NCBI RefSeq assembly: GCF_001194135.2
Contig: NC_068995.1
Span: forward strand, 40,122,221 to 40,186,220
Length of the DNA stretch: 64,000 nt
Direction of reading: 5' to 3'
From: Octopus bimaculoides
Lineage: Eukaryota
Part shown: positions 53,200 through 64,000 of the stretch, piece after piece
Numbering within the stretch: the first letter of the stretch is position 1
Layout: each line of letters opens with the position of its first letter
The notes under the pieces: model-generated
Seen by the model: only the letters and a program-made list of their open reading frames with translations
Told to the model about the DNA's origin: nothing
Database searches by the model: none
Translations under genes and position numbers: made by a program

Positions 53200-53900
53200 G
53201 AATATAAAGGTTAACGTTGATAATTGAGGAAAAGCTAGCTGCCATGGAGGATCGGAAGCCATCTGGATATCGGAAAAGAGTTAGCCTTATCTGGACGATT
53301 AGCACTGGATATCAAAATGCCGATATCATGACAGCTGCTCAATGTTCTGCGAACCCTGTAAAGGTTGTAAGATGTGACATGGATATCATGGAAACAAAGT
53401 CCTTCCAATCTGCGTTGGTCTTTGGTTGTGTCCCCAGTGAAGGAGACGCCATGCCATCCACGTCTATGAACAGGGCCTTAGGCTCAACTTAGACAACTAT
53501 GTGAAGCTGTTGGAGACTGTGATAAATCCCTGGCTGGAAAGGGTTGCTGCTGGATGGCTAAACTTGTGACAGCAGGGTTCGGCGCTTTGGAATACCTCTG
53601 CAAAGAGTCAGAAATGGTTGACGGAGAATTTCTACATCTTCACCAGCTCCAGTTTCTGGTCTTCTAATTACCTCTATTGCAGTTCAATGGATTACTATGT
53701 CTGGCGAGGTTGAGAGAAATACTCATCTCTCCTACCTGCAATATCAAGGGCCGAGTTCGTAGCCAAGATCAAGACGGTATTTGAAGATTTCCCAGGAGCG
53801 CAGTGAGAACACATGTACCAGGTTTTGGATCCGTTTTGGGGCTCTGGTGAAAGCTGAGGACAGCTACTTTGAGTAAATGCTATCTCCCAGTCATAATCTG
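53200..53900 (-). mobile_element. Possible decayed LINE (L2/CR1-like) fragment
   Basis: GC-richer, coding-like segment with weak similarity to the pre-RT region; no intact motif. Confidence 0.3.
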
Positions 53901-54069
53901 GCTCATATTTTTATATTTTTCAAATGATTTCATTTTGGGATGAGAGATCACATTCTCTTTTCATTTTATGCAAAATGTCAAATTTAACCCAAGCACCATG
54001 TATATTTATGTGTGTGTGTGTGTGTGTATGTATGTACCTACGTACGTATGTATGTATGTATGTATGTAT

Positions 54070-54456
54070 GTTGTTGGTACTACGTCGCTTACGACGTCGA
54101 GGGTTCCAGTTGATCCGATCAACGGAAAAGCCTGCTCATAAAATTAACGTAAAAGTGGCTGAGCACTCCACAGACATGTATACCCTTAACGTAGTTCTCG
54201 GGGGAGATTCAGCGTGACACAGATTGTGACAAGGCTGACCCTTTGAATTACAGGCACAACAGAAACAGGAAGTAAGAGTGAGAGAAAGTTGTGGTGAAAG
54301 AGTACAGCAGGGTTCGCTACCATCCTCTTCCGGATCCTCGTGGAGCTTTAGGTGTTTTCGCTCAATAAACACTCACAACGCCCGGTCTGGGAATCGAAAC
54401 CGCGATCCTATGACCGCGAGTCCGCTGCCCTAACCACTGGGCCATTGCGCCTCCAC
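54070..54456 (-). mobile_element. SINE family A, full length, in a follistatin intron
   Basis: Full consensus in reverse. Confidence 0.88.
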
Positions 54457-54744
54457 TGTTGAACTAAATCACAGAAATAATTGTCAAATATTCTGAAGTT
54501 GTCTCCCTTCCACTTGTAGGTGAAATTTTAACAAATTTTATTTGATCTATTACACAAAGCGTATCAGCACGGATCTTACAAATTAACTGAGATAGGTTGT
54601 ATGGAGAACGATGCAGTCTGTATTTAATCTAGGGAGCTTGTTATAGATTAATTGATCTATTTAGCCTATATAATTGTTAAATTTATTTAAATGTTAAAAA
54701 TGCTAATAAAGCTAAATGAAGAAGCAAAACGAAACGTTACTTAC

Positions 54745-54942
54745 TGCGGCAACTATTGCAGTTTGATATCCCACCATGAAGCGCATGGTAGCGTACAATA
54801 TCGCTGAAGGCGAGATTCTCGGGTGTCCAGTAAGTGAAAGGGTTATAGGTCAGTTGAAGTTGACAGCATTCATCCTTCGTCATATTCATTTGGTAAGTTA
54901 TCGTACATACATCACGAATTCGATGTAACCAACATATTCCAC
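54745..54942 (-). CDS. FST: Follistatin, N-terminal (TB-like) domain exon
   Basis: Minus-strand acceptor ttttag| and donor CGCA|gtaagt; 198 nt, phase 1/1. GGICWLHRIRDVCTITYQMNMTKDECC...WTPEN...HGGISNCNSCR aligns with follistatin GNCWL...C...Y......EECC...WT......NGGAPNCIPCK. Confidence 0.9.
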
Positions 54943-55296
54943 CTAAAATTTGAAAACAAAACAAAAACAACAAAAATCAAGTATCTACTGCAAGCAAACA
55001 TGCACAGAAATAGACTCACGACCTAATAAATAAAGGAATATTAACGAAATATTAACGAATATTAACGAGTAGCATATTACCACGGTACATAAATACACTG
55101 CTTTTGAGATTTAAGGTACTTTGAAGGAATGAATGTTACTCATGGTTAGGATATGGGGTGAGGATATGGGGTGAGGATATAATGAAAAGAAGTTCTACAT
55201 AGTTGTTTGATTAGCAGGAGATAGTAGCCAAACCTACCTCAAAAATTATTCCCTTGTGTTTTAAGTAAGGAACGGGCGTATGTGATAACGCAGTTT

Positions 55297-55400
55297 AAAA
55301 AGAAATGAGCCTCTAAAAAGAAATGAGCCTCTAAAAAGAAATGAGCCTCTAAAAAGAAATGAGCCTCTAAAAAGAAATGAGCCTCTAAAAAGAAATGAGC
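55297..55400. repeat. Perfect 18-bp minisatellite (aaaaagaaatgagcctct) x5.8
   Basis: Units read directly at 55297, 55315, 55333, 55351, 55369 and a partial unit at 55387. Confidence 0.95.
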
Positions 55401-56990
55401 GTCATAGCTAGAATGGTTGATCATATATATCTACTTCATTAGGATTTATTTAGGACAAAGTAGCAAAACGATGTGATTCTGTCGGTCTGTAGAGTAGCAC
55501 CCAAACAACTCCCGCTAACAGAAGCATTATTTTATGGGTAAGCCAGAGGAAGAAGAGCAGCTCTCACAACCCTGGGGCTGATGGGAGGAAGGAATGATAG
55601 ATTCTGCTATAGGTGGCCAAGGACTAAATAAAGGTGCTAAAGGAGAGGACAAATTAAATCTATCAACTTGAACATAAGCTTTGGAAGACGCTATGCTAAG
55701 AGATGCTTGTCCAAGGTACTGGCTGTGCGATCAAACTAAAATTTCGAAGTTGCAAAATGAACTTCTTGACCACACAGACACTCCTGTACTTATACTTCGT
55801 ATAACAGTAACAGTAATCTTGTAGCATCTATTCAATAACTGGAGCACTGGTGCAGGCCGAGTGTTCGTATAATGATTCAAGATTGTAAAAAAAAAAAAAA
55901 AAAAAATGAACGGTGCTTTACCCAGTTTCCTGACCCACGTTCAGGAGAATTGAACTCGGCTCGAAAAATATAACGAAACGCTCGTCAGTTTTAGAGTACC
56001 ACTGCCAATAACGGGACTGAACTGTTTTACTACATTTGTGTTGAAGAATGTCTTGCTGCCTGAACTCTAATGAATCACTGAAAATAAAGATTCGCAACCA
56101 TAATTATTTAATTTCGTGGTGAAATTCGAAGCTCGATGGTCGTTTTGAAGACTTGAAATAAAAATCAAACTGAACTGTTTTATTGCCATTTAGCAATTCA
56201 TTAGGATTCATTCACCTTATTAAGATTCCAAAGCATAAAGGGAGCGAATACTATACAATGAAAGCGAACAGTTCAGTCGTTATCCCAAACAACCGTATAG
56301 GCCCTCTGCCTAACATTAGAACGTCTGCCTAACATTAGAACGAGGCTAACCTGTATGGATGTAACTCGGTATAGTTGTTTATTCATCAGCCACGTTGTAC
56401 TGATGCACAAATAACTTTAAATCTAAGCCAATTAGATTTGTTGTTTGTTGTAGTTATCCGTGGGAAACTGCTCAATCAGACACGTGAGACGTCAACTGTA
56501 TTATAAGGTGTGATTCACAGATTTAGTGTTCCGACGATGAAGTTGATTGATAAGTGGATTCAGTGATTTGATAATCTTAATACTGAACAAAAACAATCAC
56601 AGATTACTGAATAAGAAGAGTTTTTAGGAGGTTCTCTTAGGTGACAACAGTTCAAATCTGGACGCCGTCACTGAATCGTATTCGATGGTTGAAGCATTGA
56701 ATCGCCAGTATGACAGTTGGCTGAGTTATTGATGTTGTGGTGGTTGCTTCGCCCCTGATTGGCTCTCATTATATATCATCCTTGATCAAAGGTGTCCATG
56801 CCTGATTTTTAAGAGAGTCATGTGTGATTTAGAAGGTATTTGGAACATTCAACAACATCACGAGAAACTTAAAACAACAACAAAAAAAATGCAAATAATA
56901 AGCACTTAATTCACTGTTTTTTTTGTGTTGGCATTTCACCTAGTCGATTAAACTTTATTTTTCCGATCAAGAAACCAGTAAAGATTGTCT

Positions 56991-57029
<39 letters not shown>

Positions 57030-57194
57030 CGTACGCCCACACAAAAAAGAAGTAATGCAGAAAAAGCAAACTAAAATGTGCGAGACATAATGCAAGGGAG
57101 ATTACTTTGATTGACTTATGTATAAAGGGAGGTAAATATATAAACATTATTGAAATGACGTTATTTGGTGATACTGATATTTGTATAAAGTTAC

Positions 57195-57267
57195 AGCCAC
57201 CATTGCCACCACCGCTGCTACCGCTGTAATGACGACAACGACCACGACCACGACCTCGACCACCATG

Positions 57268-57303
<36 letters not shown>

Positions 57304-57470
57304 GCTGCTACTACTGCTGCTGCTGCTGCTGTTGCTGCTACTGCCAAGGCCGAAGAGGATTTCCAATTCTTTTTCGAAATGTAAAACTTTTGTAATTCCG
57401 TAGTAGTAGTAGTAGTAGTGGTGGTGGTGGTGGTGGTGGTGGTGGTGGTGGCGGCAGCAGTAGCAGAGCT
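57195..57470. repeat. Compound trinucleotide tract (ACC/ACT/GCT, then GTA/GTG)
   Basis: Direct observation. Confidence 0.9.
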
Positions 57471-58477
57471 GCCAGCTAAACAAACAGCTAATACTGACAG
57501 CTTTCGTGTAAATGTCAATAAACAAGATGTCTGTCTGTCTATCTGCTTGTCTGCTTATCTGCTTGTCTNNNNNNNNNNNNNNNNNNNNNNNNNNNNNNNN
57601 NNNNNNNNNNNNNNNNNNNNNNNNNNNNNNNNNNNNNNNNNNNNNNNNNNNNNNNNNNNNNNNNNNNNNNNNNNNNNNNNNNNNNNNNNNNNNNNNNNNN
57701 NNNNNNNNNNNNNNNNNNNNNNNNNNNNNNNNNNNNNNNNNNNNNNNNNNNNNNNNNNNNNNNNNNNNNNNNNNNNNNNNNNNNNNNNNNNNNNNNNNNN
57801 NNNNNNNNNNNNNNNNNNNNNNNNNNNNNNNNNNNNTCCTCCGATGATGGAAACAGGCAGCGAACGCGCTGTTTTCCGATTGGCTGAAAATTCTGAAACT
57901 TATCAAATTTGAACACCTGTAACATTTTCGCAATTTTTTTCTGGAATAAATGAATGCGAAATTCGAATTCAGCGTCAAAAATTACATCTGTATGATACAT
58001 TAAATTTTTTTTTTAAAGGTAATTGTAAACAGTTCCGAAATCCATAAAGATCCGTCATTAGATTAATGGTTAATTTATTTTTCAAAGAATTGAGGACGCA
58101 GCGCTGAAATTTTAATTCATTAATATCAAAATAAAATGAATACGGTATAGCAAGGAAAGTAATCCTGGTTTTGTCAGTAAAATAGAGGTGGTCTTGTTAG
58201 AGATCTTCAATGAAGTACCGTTCTTTACTAAAAGGTATAGACTGTTTAGCAATAATAAGCTTCTAATTATCGCTTCCAACACTACAACCCTACTATATTC
58301 TATTATAATATACCGATTGTTCTCCTGTTGCAATATCTCTATACTTCATTATTTAAGACATGCCTTAATCTTCGTGAAAAACATCAAGTTATCGTTTATT
58401 CTCCACAAGTATTGATTATAAACTCTTGTGACAGAATAATGAATCGGGTGGTATTTAGAATTGTTTTACTTTATTTG

Positions 58478-58866
58478 GTGGAGGCGCAATGGCCCAGTGG
58501 TTAGGGCAGCGGACTCGCGGTCATAGGATCGCAGTTTCGATTCCCAGACCGGGCGTTGTGAGTGTTTATTGAGAGAAAACACCTAAAGCTCCACGAGGCT
58601 CCGGCAGGAGATGGTGACGAACCCTGCTGTACTCTTTCACCACAACTTTCTCTCGCTCTTACTTCCTGTTTCTGTTGTGCCTGTAATTCAAAGGGTCAGC
58701 CTCGTCACACTGTGTCACGTTGAATATCCCCGAGAACTACGTTAAGGGTACACGTGTCTGTGGCGTGCTCAGCCACTTGCACGTTAATTTCACGAGCAGG
58801 TTGTTCCGTTGATCGGATCAACTGGAACCCTCGACGTCGTAAGCGACGGAGTGCCAACAACAACAA
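58478..58866 (+). mobile_element. SINE family A, full length
   Basis: Full consensus ending in (caa)n. Confidence 0.88.
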
Positions 58867-59184
58867 GCGACAAAACTCTATTCGAAAACACTCCATCAAC
58901 ACCACAACTTTGTATTTGTATACACCTCTCATTTGTTCCGCAAACTTTCGTCTGATATCTCTGACTGCGATGATTGTTCTGTCTATAATGCAATATATGC
59001 GGAAATGTATCCCAGTTTGACTGTGTAATGAGACAGCACACATCTAGCATTCTTTCATTACAGTTTAGGGAAGTCGGATGACAATATTTAATAAATACAT
59101 TGCAATGTACTTCTTCCATCTTCGAGCTTGGAAAATCTGGGCATTATAGTCATGATTAAGTTCATTTCTTTATTGTTAGACACT

Positions 59185-59537
59185 GTTGTTGGCACTCCGT
59201 CGCTTACGACGTCGAGGGTTCCAGTGGATCTGATCAACGGAACAGCCTGCTCGTGAAATTAACGTGCAAGTGGCTGAGCGCTCCACAGACACGTGTACCC
59301 TTAACGTAGTTCTCGGGGATATTCAGCGTGACACGGCTGACCCTTTGAATTACAGGCACAACAGAAACAGGAAGTAAGAGTGAGAGAAAGTTGTGGTGGA
59401 AGAGTACAGCAGGGTTCGCCACCATCCCCTGCCGGAGCCTCGTGGAGCTTTAGGTGTTTTCGCTCAATAAACACTCACAACGCCCGGTCTGGGAATCGAA
59501 ACGGCGATCCTATGACCGTGAGTCCACTGCCCTAACC
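59185..59537 (-). mobile_element. SINE family A, head cut off by a gap
   Basis: Reverse consensus up to ccctaacc, then N gap. Confidence 0.88.
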
Positions 59538-60560
59538 NNNNNNNNNNNNNNNNNNNNNNNNNNNNNNNNNNNNNNNNNNNNNNNNNNNNNNNNNNNNNNN
59601 NNNNNNNNNNNNNNNNNNNNNNNNNNNNNNNNNNNNNNNNNNNNNNNNNNNNNNNNNNNNNNNNNNNNNNNNNNNNNNNNNNNNNNNNNNNNNNNNNNNN
59701 NNNNNNNNNNNNNNNNNNNNNNNNNNNNNNNNNNNNNNNNNNNNNNNNNNNNNNNNNNNNNNNNNNNNNNNNNNNNNNNNNNNNNNNNNNNNNNNNNNNN
59801 NNNNNNNNNNNNNNNNNNNNNNNNNNNNNNNNNNNNNNNNNNNNNNNNNNNNNNNNNNNNNNNNNNNNNNNNNNNNNNNNNNNNNNNNNNNNNNNNNNNN
59901 NNNNNNNNNNNNNNNNNNNNNNNNNNNNNNNNNNNNNNNNNNNNNNNNNNNNNNNNNNNNNNNNNNNNNNNNNNNNNNNNNNNNNNNNNNNNNNNNNNNN
60001 NNNNNNNNNNNNNNNNNNNNNNNNNNNNNNNNNNNNNNNNNNNNNNNNNNNNNNNNNNNNNNNNNNNNNNCGTGGAGAATGTTTTATACTTGAGAGAGTA
60101 AAGCAACAATTTTATGAATTTGGACTGTCTTCTCTGAGAAAAGACTTTAAAAAGAAAAAAAAAAGAAAAGAAATAGAAAAAAAAAGAAAGCCATCCATTG
60201 AAATCGAAATCGAGTGTTGTATTGTTCCATATTGAGTGACGGAAAATAACGTAGTAGAGAAGAGAGAAGATTGACGACTCTTGTACAGAAGCGAAACACT
60301 CCAGTCTATCTAGAAATAGAAGCGCAAAAGCGTCAAACATGAGACCAATAATAACAATAACACCAGTAAAAATAGCAGCATTATAACAGCAACAACAATA
60401 GCAACAATAGAAATAACTAAAATAGCAGCAGCAGCAGCAGGAACGACAATAGCCACAACAATAGCCACAAAGGTGTCTAAGGACAGACTGTACATAATTC
60501 GGTGTATTGAATTAGCGATATGGGTGGGGTGGATTTTGAAAAGAAACATCTATGAAGGAG

Positions 60561-60616
<56 letters not shown>

Positions 60617-61278
60617 GGTAGTAGTAGTAGTAGTAGCAGCAGTAGTAGTAGTGGTGTTGGTCTTTGTTTCCTTCTCACCCTCACAGCAAATTGGAGGGTT
60701 ATGATGAAATACTAGTTTGTTCGGGGTTTTTTTTTTGCTTTTCTTTTTTTATAAAACCACTACCACCACTACCACCACTACCATCACCAACACCACTACC
60801 TAAAAGAACAACAACAACAAAAATATGAATGATGAAATGTTGCTCTTTGATATTTGCAAAATCGCCCTAAATGTAATTCATTTCGTTAATATCTCATTCA
60901 TCGTTCCTGAAAAGGTAGAAGAATAAATAACTGGGCCAGATGTTTTAATCGACACTCCACCGATTCTCCGCCAAAGCCCTTATATGATGAAATATTGATT
61001 TGGTATTTGGGAGTAGAAATCAATATTTCAAATGTTATGGTTACCATATAATCGTTTAAACCAGCGATTCCCAAACTTTTCGGGGCTGCCGCCCCCTTGA
61101 CATCCAGGTCACATTCCTAACGACCCCACCTCCAACTAACCATCACAAACATAGACCTCTTTCTCAAACAAATTCAAAGCAACTTTATTCCACAAATAAA
61201 ACTTTACCGAATGAACCCTTTATTTTGTTGTTTTTACATGAATCGCTACCCCATTATCGCCCCGCTTTTCTTCAACAC

Positions 61279-61680
61279 CCCCTTTGTCTGTCCTTGTTTG
61301 TCCCCTCTATGTTTAGCCCCTTGGGGGCAATAAAGAAATAAGAAACGTTAGCACGCCGGACGAAATGCATAGCGATATTTCGTCTGCCGTTTCGTTCTGA
61401 GTTCAAATTCCGCCGAGGTCGACTTTGCCTTTCATCCTTTCGGAGCCGATTAAATAAGTACCAGTTACGCACTAGGGTCGATGTAATCGACTTAATCCCT
61501 GTGTCTGTCCTTGCTTGTCCCCTCTGTGTTTAGCCCCTTGTAGGCAATAAGGAAATAAGAAACGTTAGAACACTGGGCGAAATGCTTAGCGATAGTTCGT
61601 CTGTCTTCACTGTGTGTCGATGTAATCAACTAACCCCTCTCCTGAACTTGCTGTCTTTGTACCAAAATATGAAACCAACA
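61279..61680 (+). mobile_element. SINE family C tandem concatemer, period about 217 bp
   Basis: Junction gaaataagaaac|gttag at 61346/61347 and 61563/61564. Confidence 0.8.
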
Positions 61681-61749
61681 GTTCATCACCTCGCCGCACT
61701 TGGATGATGAAATATTCATACAAATTTCAAAATGAAAATAAGATTTCTC

Positions 61750-61955
61750 ACTGGTTTCAAATTTTGCGACATGATCAACAATTTTAGGAGAATGATAAGT
61801 CGATCATATCGACTCCAATATTCAACTAGTACTTATTTTATCGACCCCGAAAGGATGAAAGACAAAGTCGACCTCGGGGGAATTTAAACTCAGAACGTAA
61901 ACACGGATAAAATGCCGCTAGCCATTTTGTCCGGCGTGCCAACTCGCTGCCTTAA
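61750..61955 (-). mobile_element. SINE family C
   Basis: tcgaccccgaaaggatgaaagacaaagtcgacctcgg...aactcagaacg. Confidence 0.75.
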
Positions 61956-62053
61956 AATAAAAAGATTTCATGCTAAAAAGACTATCAATTCTTTCTATAT
62001 TTTTCCCCTTTTTACTGTTCTAATTTGTTTTATATATATATATACACACACAC

Positions 62054-62170
62054 ACATGAAGTGGTGCTGAAATGTTCCTGGCTTTAAGGGTATCGCGAAA
62101 CTCCTGGTTGGAGGTCCAACCTTCTGAGTTCTTTCATCACGGGGCTTAGAAACGAAACTGAAAAGTTGAG
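62054..62170 (+). mobile_element. Mariner-type terminal fragment or MITE end
   Basis: catgaagtggtgctgaaatgttcctggcttt resembles mariner TIRs. Confidence 0.4.
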
Positions 62171-62656
62171 GAAAAGAAAATCTCATACAAAATAAAACTA
62201 AATGGAATATATGGGAAATTAAAAGAACTGTATACTTTAAAAGTCGATAAAACACAAGGGTATTAATGAATATTAGAATTGTTATAACAATCATTGTCTT
62301 TGTTTATATAAACATGTATAAGAAAAATAATTGCGATTGTAACTGAAACTCAGTTGATTGAGAATTTACCAACGACACTACGGGATGCAAAGCTATCCAG
62401 TCTTTTCAAAAATCGAATCCCTTTACAAATACATAAGCATCGGTATTACTAATGCTAGTCCCTGGTTTCTGATCCGGGAACTAAACGAGATATTACTCTC
62501 TCTCTCTATGGGTAGGAAACTAATTTAGATAAAACAACTTTTCCGAAAAGCCTCATGCCGATCTCTTATATTTAACTACAGCTCAACAAGAGAAATATTT
62601 GGTGTCCAGCCATAGGCTCACAAAACTCCTAACGTAATTCGGTGCCCTAGCCATAA

Positions 62657-62691
<35 letters not shown>

Positions 62692-62930
62692 NNNNNNNNN
62701 NNNNNNNNNNNNNNNNNNNNNNNNNNNNNNNNNNNNNNNNNNNNNNNNNNNNNNNNNNNNNNNNNNNNNNNNNNNNNNNNNNNNNNNNNNNNNNNNNNNN
62801 NNNNNNNNNNNNNNNNNNNNNNNNNNNNNNNNNNNNNNNNNNNNNNNNNNNNNNNNNNNNNNNNNNNNNNNNNNNNNNNNNNNNNNNNNNNNNNNNNNNN
62901 NNNNNNNNNNNNNNNNNNNNNNNNNNNNNN

Positions 62931-62967
<37 letters not shown>

Positions 62968-63599
62968 ACAAAACCCAACAGATCTAAACGTCCTATCTAC
63001 AGATGCACTAAATCTCAACAGATCTAAGTACCGCAGCCATTGACACTCAAAACTCCCAGAAATGTGTTTAGCACTTTTGTTTTTCACTTTCTTCTCGTTG
63101 ATGTTAATATTTCGTTCAGAAGACTGAAACATCCGCGACTCGTTTTAGGGACCACGAGACGGAGGATGAGTAGAATAAAAGGAGTAAGTTGCCTCCAGAT
63201 CGGAGACCCGGCCAAAATAGGTTTAAATTGTGCAACGGATCACATCTGTTGCCAAAACATTGGAGCAGTTTCTTGGATGGAATTCCAAACAGCTTCAGCT
63301 TAGCTTTGATTGTAACAAGTGCCACACCTTGTACCAAAGACGACATGCAGATAGATCGAACACGAAACTAGTTTCGAAGCGATCTTATTAACGACACAAG
63401 TATGACAGCTATATTTACATATGCCACTGGAGAAAGTCATCAGTTTCTTCAACTTATGAAGAAGCCCTAGTGTTTCGTTCATTTCTTCATTCTGCCATTT
63501 TATTTGTCACTTCTTTTGGTTCATATGTTCCTTCAATCATTCTTTATTCATTCGTTCATGTTTCCATTCAACCATATTTCTTTAATATTTCTTCTATTT

Positions 63600-64000
63600 G
63601 AATAACCTCCTTGGAGAGCTTCCCAGGTAAAATCTACTCTGGGTGATTAGAAAAGAGAGGAAATTGTCGAGACCAAGCTTGCAAAAGAACGGTGTGGCTT
63701 CCGTCCTGGACACAGGTCGACTGACCAGATATTCACTTTACGGCAGGTCTTCGAGAAGAGGTAAGGCGGCGAACTGGCAGAATCGTTAGCACCGGGGAAA
63801 TACCACTAGGCATTTCGTCCGTGTTTATGTTCTGAGTTTAAATGCCGCTGGGATTGGCTTTGCCTTTCATCCTTTCGAAGTCGACACAAGCCACTGGACA
63901 TGCAGCGCAAGGTCTTACAGGAGGTTGGGATTAATAGGCAAGTTCTGGTTGCCGAGAAGTCCCTATACAAATACCCAAATGTTTGTGTTCGGATAAATGG
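63600..64000 (+). mobile_element. RTE-clade LINE RT fragment, split by SINE C and continuing past the window end
   Basis: LPGKIYSG, ERCGFRPGHRSTDQIFTLRQVFEK, then VLQEVGI...KSLYKYPNVCVRING. Confidence 0.75.
63764..63888 (+). mobile_element. SINE family C inserted in an RTE LINE remnant
   Basis: aaggcggcgaactggcagaatcgttagcac...ttgcctttcatcctttcgaagtcga. Confidence 0.75.

Noticed and set aside
55297-55400. CRISPR-like array, or the LEAHFF repeat peptide
   Set aside because: Contiguous identical units without spacers in eukaryotic DNA; the ORF is a by-product of the repeat.
57016-57518. Signal-peptide-like ORF starts (MTFTRKLSVLAVCLAG; MFIYLPPFIHKSIKVISLALCL) as follistatin exon 1
   Set aside because: No convincing phase-1 donor follows and both run into microsatellites. 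Exon 1 may lie in a gap or outside the window.
57876-57886. CCAAT box (gattggctg) as a follistatin promoter
   Set aside because: A single short motif next to a gap, with no mapped first exon.
63000-63480. Cys-containing short ORFs
   Set aside because: No consistent frame, splice pair or family motif could be recognised.

Overview
AT-rich, microsatellite- and SINE-dense animal genomic DNA with many N gaps. The repeat content suggests a coleoid cephalopod, probably Octopus (inference). Two spliced protein-coding genes lie tail-to-tail. (1) Plus strand: a type II membrane copper amine oxidase (AOC1/AOC3 family) homologue, exons 18839-20902 and 33149-33436, 783 aa with an intact frame. Its TPQ-precursor Tyr is Arg (N-R-D-Y) and two of its three copper-ligand His are replaced (H-Q-Y; SYRIPH), while the catalytic Asp and structural motifs are kept, so it is a likely pseudoenzyme. 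(2) Minus strand: follistatin, with the N-terminal domain and FS1-FS3 exons at 54942-54745, 52417-52190, 47327-47103 and 45199-44972 (all GT-AG, phase 1), a candidate last exon at 41183-41113, and no identifiable signal-peptide exon. Between the genes is a three-part retrocopy (5'-truncated tRNA-Gly, full-length U6, SINE/LINE 3' tail) inside one putative 6-bp target-site duplication, which looks like a fossil of serial reverse-transcriptase template jumping. The rest is several tRNA-derived SINE families, decayed mariner, Penelope-like, R4-like, RTE and CR1/Jockey-group elements, foldback palindromes, microsatellites and some assembly duplications. All alignments to reference proteins and RNAs were made by eye from recalled family motifs; no database search was run.
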